Assembly (NCBI GenBank): GCA_024679065.1 | Contig: JAGIQG010000005.1 | Location: forward strand, 44,516,001-44,580,000 | Direction of reading: 5' to 3' | Length of the DNA stretch: 64,000 nucleotides | DNA from: Sphyrna mokarran | Lineage: Eukaryota | Made by a program: the position numbers and the translations under genes | Notes under the pieces: generated by a model | Seen by the model: only the letters and a program-made list of their open reading frames with translations | Told to the model about the DNA's origin: nothing | The model's database searches: none | Shown: piece after piece, positions 62,330 to 64,000 of the stretch | Numbering within the stretch: position 1 is the stretch's first letter | How the letters are laid out: every line of letters starts with the position of its first letter

Positions 62330-62810
62330 TTTTTTTTGATTTACTATTGCCAAATGTATTGGAATACAGTAAAATATACTGTTTCTTGTGGACTTTACAG
62401 CCAAAGCATACCGTTCATAAAAAACATAGGGGAGAAGGAAAGAAGAGGGTGTTCAACAGAGTGTTAGTCACAGCAAGAACGTAGAGACAGAACAGCTTAA
62501 TATATAGTAGAACCATTCAAAAATCTAATGGCAGGAAGGAAGAAAGCTGTTCTTGAGTAGGGTGGTGCATGATCTCAGAATTTTGTATCTTTTTCCCGAC
62601 AGAAGAAAGTGGAAAAGGGTACGTCTGGGTTGCGTGGAGTCCTTGATTATGCTAGCTGTTTTGCCAAGGCAGTGGGAAATGTAGATGAAGCCAATGGATT
62701 AGAGACTGGGTTTGCATTTATGTTCATAGCCCTTTATAGCTTTTTGCGGTCTTGGTCAGAGCAGGAGCCATTCCAAGCTGAGATTGGGAAAGAATGCTTT
62801 CTGTGGTACA
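62330..62810 (-). mobile_element. Rex1/Babar 3' remnant
   Basis: AAGCTGTTCTTGAG...TATCTTTTTCCC...TCCTTGATTATGCTAGCTG is the reverse complement of the 42900-43020 region of the Rex copy. Confidence 0.7.
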
Positions 62811-63034
62811 TCTGTATGGCAGGGTGGACAAGTGGGAGGGGGTGGAAAACAGGGTAAACTCTCATTTTTTTTATGACATTGGAGTGTCGGTTTATATTTT
62901 GGTAATCAAGGTTGGGACTTTAACCTAAAGCATTCTGCATCAGAGGCAAGTGTTACCATCTGAATCATCATGGACACATTTGCGTCTCATTTGTGTTGAT
63001 ATCACTGTCCCACTTCTCCTATCTCAGATAGGGG

Positions 63035-63300
63035 AGTTAGTGGTATATTGGTAATGTTATTGGACCAGTAGTCTAGAGGCTCACACTAATGTTCTGGAGA
63101 CATGGATTCAAATTTCACCATGGCAGCTGGTGTGTTGTATCAACTGTGTATGTGATACAATTGCATCAATTGTAAAAACTATCTGGTTTACTTGTGGCCT
63201 TTATGGAAGGAAATCTGTCATCCTTATCTGGTCTGGCCACTCATGTGACTCCAGACTCACAATGGCTGTGGCAATTAGAGACGGCAATGCCCATGTCCCA
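63035..63300 (+). mobile_element. tRNA-headed SINE-like repeat, family A
   Basis: GGTAATGTTATTGGAC...GTTCTGGAGACATGGATTCAAAT...CATGTGACTCCAGAC; a partial copy also lies at about 59985-60180. Confidence 0.7.
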
Positions 63301-64000
63301 TCAAACAGCAAAGAAGTGTTAGAAGAGAAAATCTGTCTTGTATATAAGTAATTTGCGTTAACATTTCTAATTCAACAAAACACTGAAGGGATAATTAGTT
63401 TAATTCAACTTGTGTTCCTTTGAACTTTTGATAACGTTAAGCAAAGGAAGTATTTCTCAGTTAAATTCATTTAACCTTATTCAACATAAGACGCTGATAT
63501 TCTCTTTTCAAAGCTTTATCAAGATTTGTCTTGATTTTTACAAATGATGTGGGAAAAAGAAACTTCTCAGGAAAATGCTACATGATAATTAAAACTGGAA
63601 CTGATGCATCCTGTGCAATCAGATAGATAGGACATGTTTGGAGTAGACAATCCAAATTTAGCTGACAGAATTACACGGAAAAAATATCAGTTTTTAGGAG
63701 AGGCATTCAAATAAAAACCTAAATGAAGTCACAATAACTAATTCAACTAATTATAGCATCGCAAAATATGTAAATTTAAGTAAATTCTTATTTCAACATT
63801 GAGGATTTTAGTTATTAAAAACATAACTAGCAGCTGGTTACAAAAAAGCATTTTAAGCAGTTGATGGATGGTTATTTGCAAGCTATCAGAACTGCAGTGA
63901 CATGCTTAACTGCAAAACTTTTACAAACAAGGACAAAAAAATTTATAATATAAAAACTTGACAAAATGTATGACAAAAGCATGACATCAGGAGTTGAATT

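Noticed and set aside
1-64000. CRISPR arrays, rRNA or prokaryotic-type operons
   Set aside because: Eukaryotic intronic DNA; no regularly spaced repeat-spacer array or rRNA motif was seen.

Overview
Vertebrate, almost certainly shark/elasmobranch, genomic DNA (inferred from HE1-type SINEs, CR1 LINEs and Deu-type SINEs). The window lies inside one minus-strand gene, AHI1 (jouberin). Five coding exons could be placed with GT-AG boundaries and a consistent phase chain: 56975-57115, 38121-38341, 31555-31606, 28962-29038 and 5302-5419. They encode the last WD40 repeat and the linker towards the SH3 domain. The 52-nt and 77-nt exons are not in the ORF track. The long introns (about 2.5-23.5 kb) are filled with transposable elements: many CR1 LINE copies (one keeps all of ORF2), Rex1/Babar, L1-like and L2-like relics, HE1/V-SINEs, a Deu-domain SINE, a tRNA-headed repeat family, Penelope-like relics with hammerhead-ribozyme-like cores, and two fossil PIF/Harbinger DNA transposons. 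The most interesting observations are: (1) a -1 frameshift-like signal (G-UUA-AAC, 6-nt spacer, G-tracts) at the CR1 ORF1/ORF2 junction; (2) a CR1 family whose 3' UTR appears to have captured a structured module plus an HE1 SINE and moved as a unit; (3) minimal hammerhead motifs in palindromic Penelope relics; (4) inverted young CR1 copies flanking a 350-nt AHI1 exon block; (5) an unexplained CpG-rich island with an Arg-rich antisense exon-like segment. All family assignments are from motif recall, not database searches, and repeat boundaries are approximate unless a TSD is quoted.
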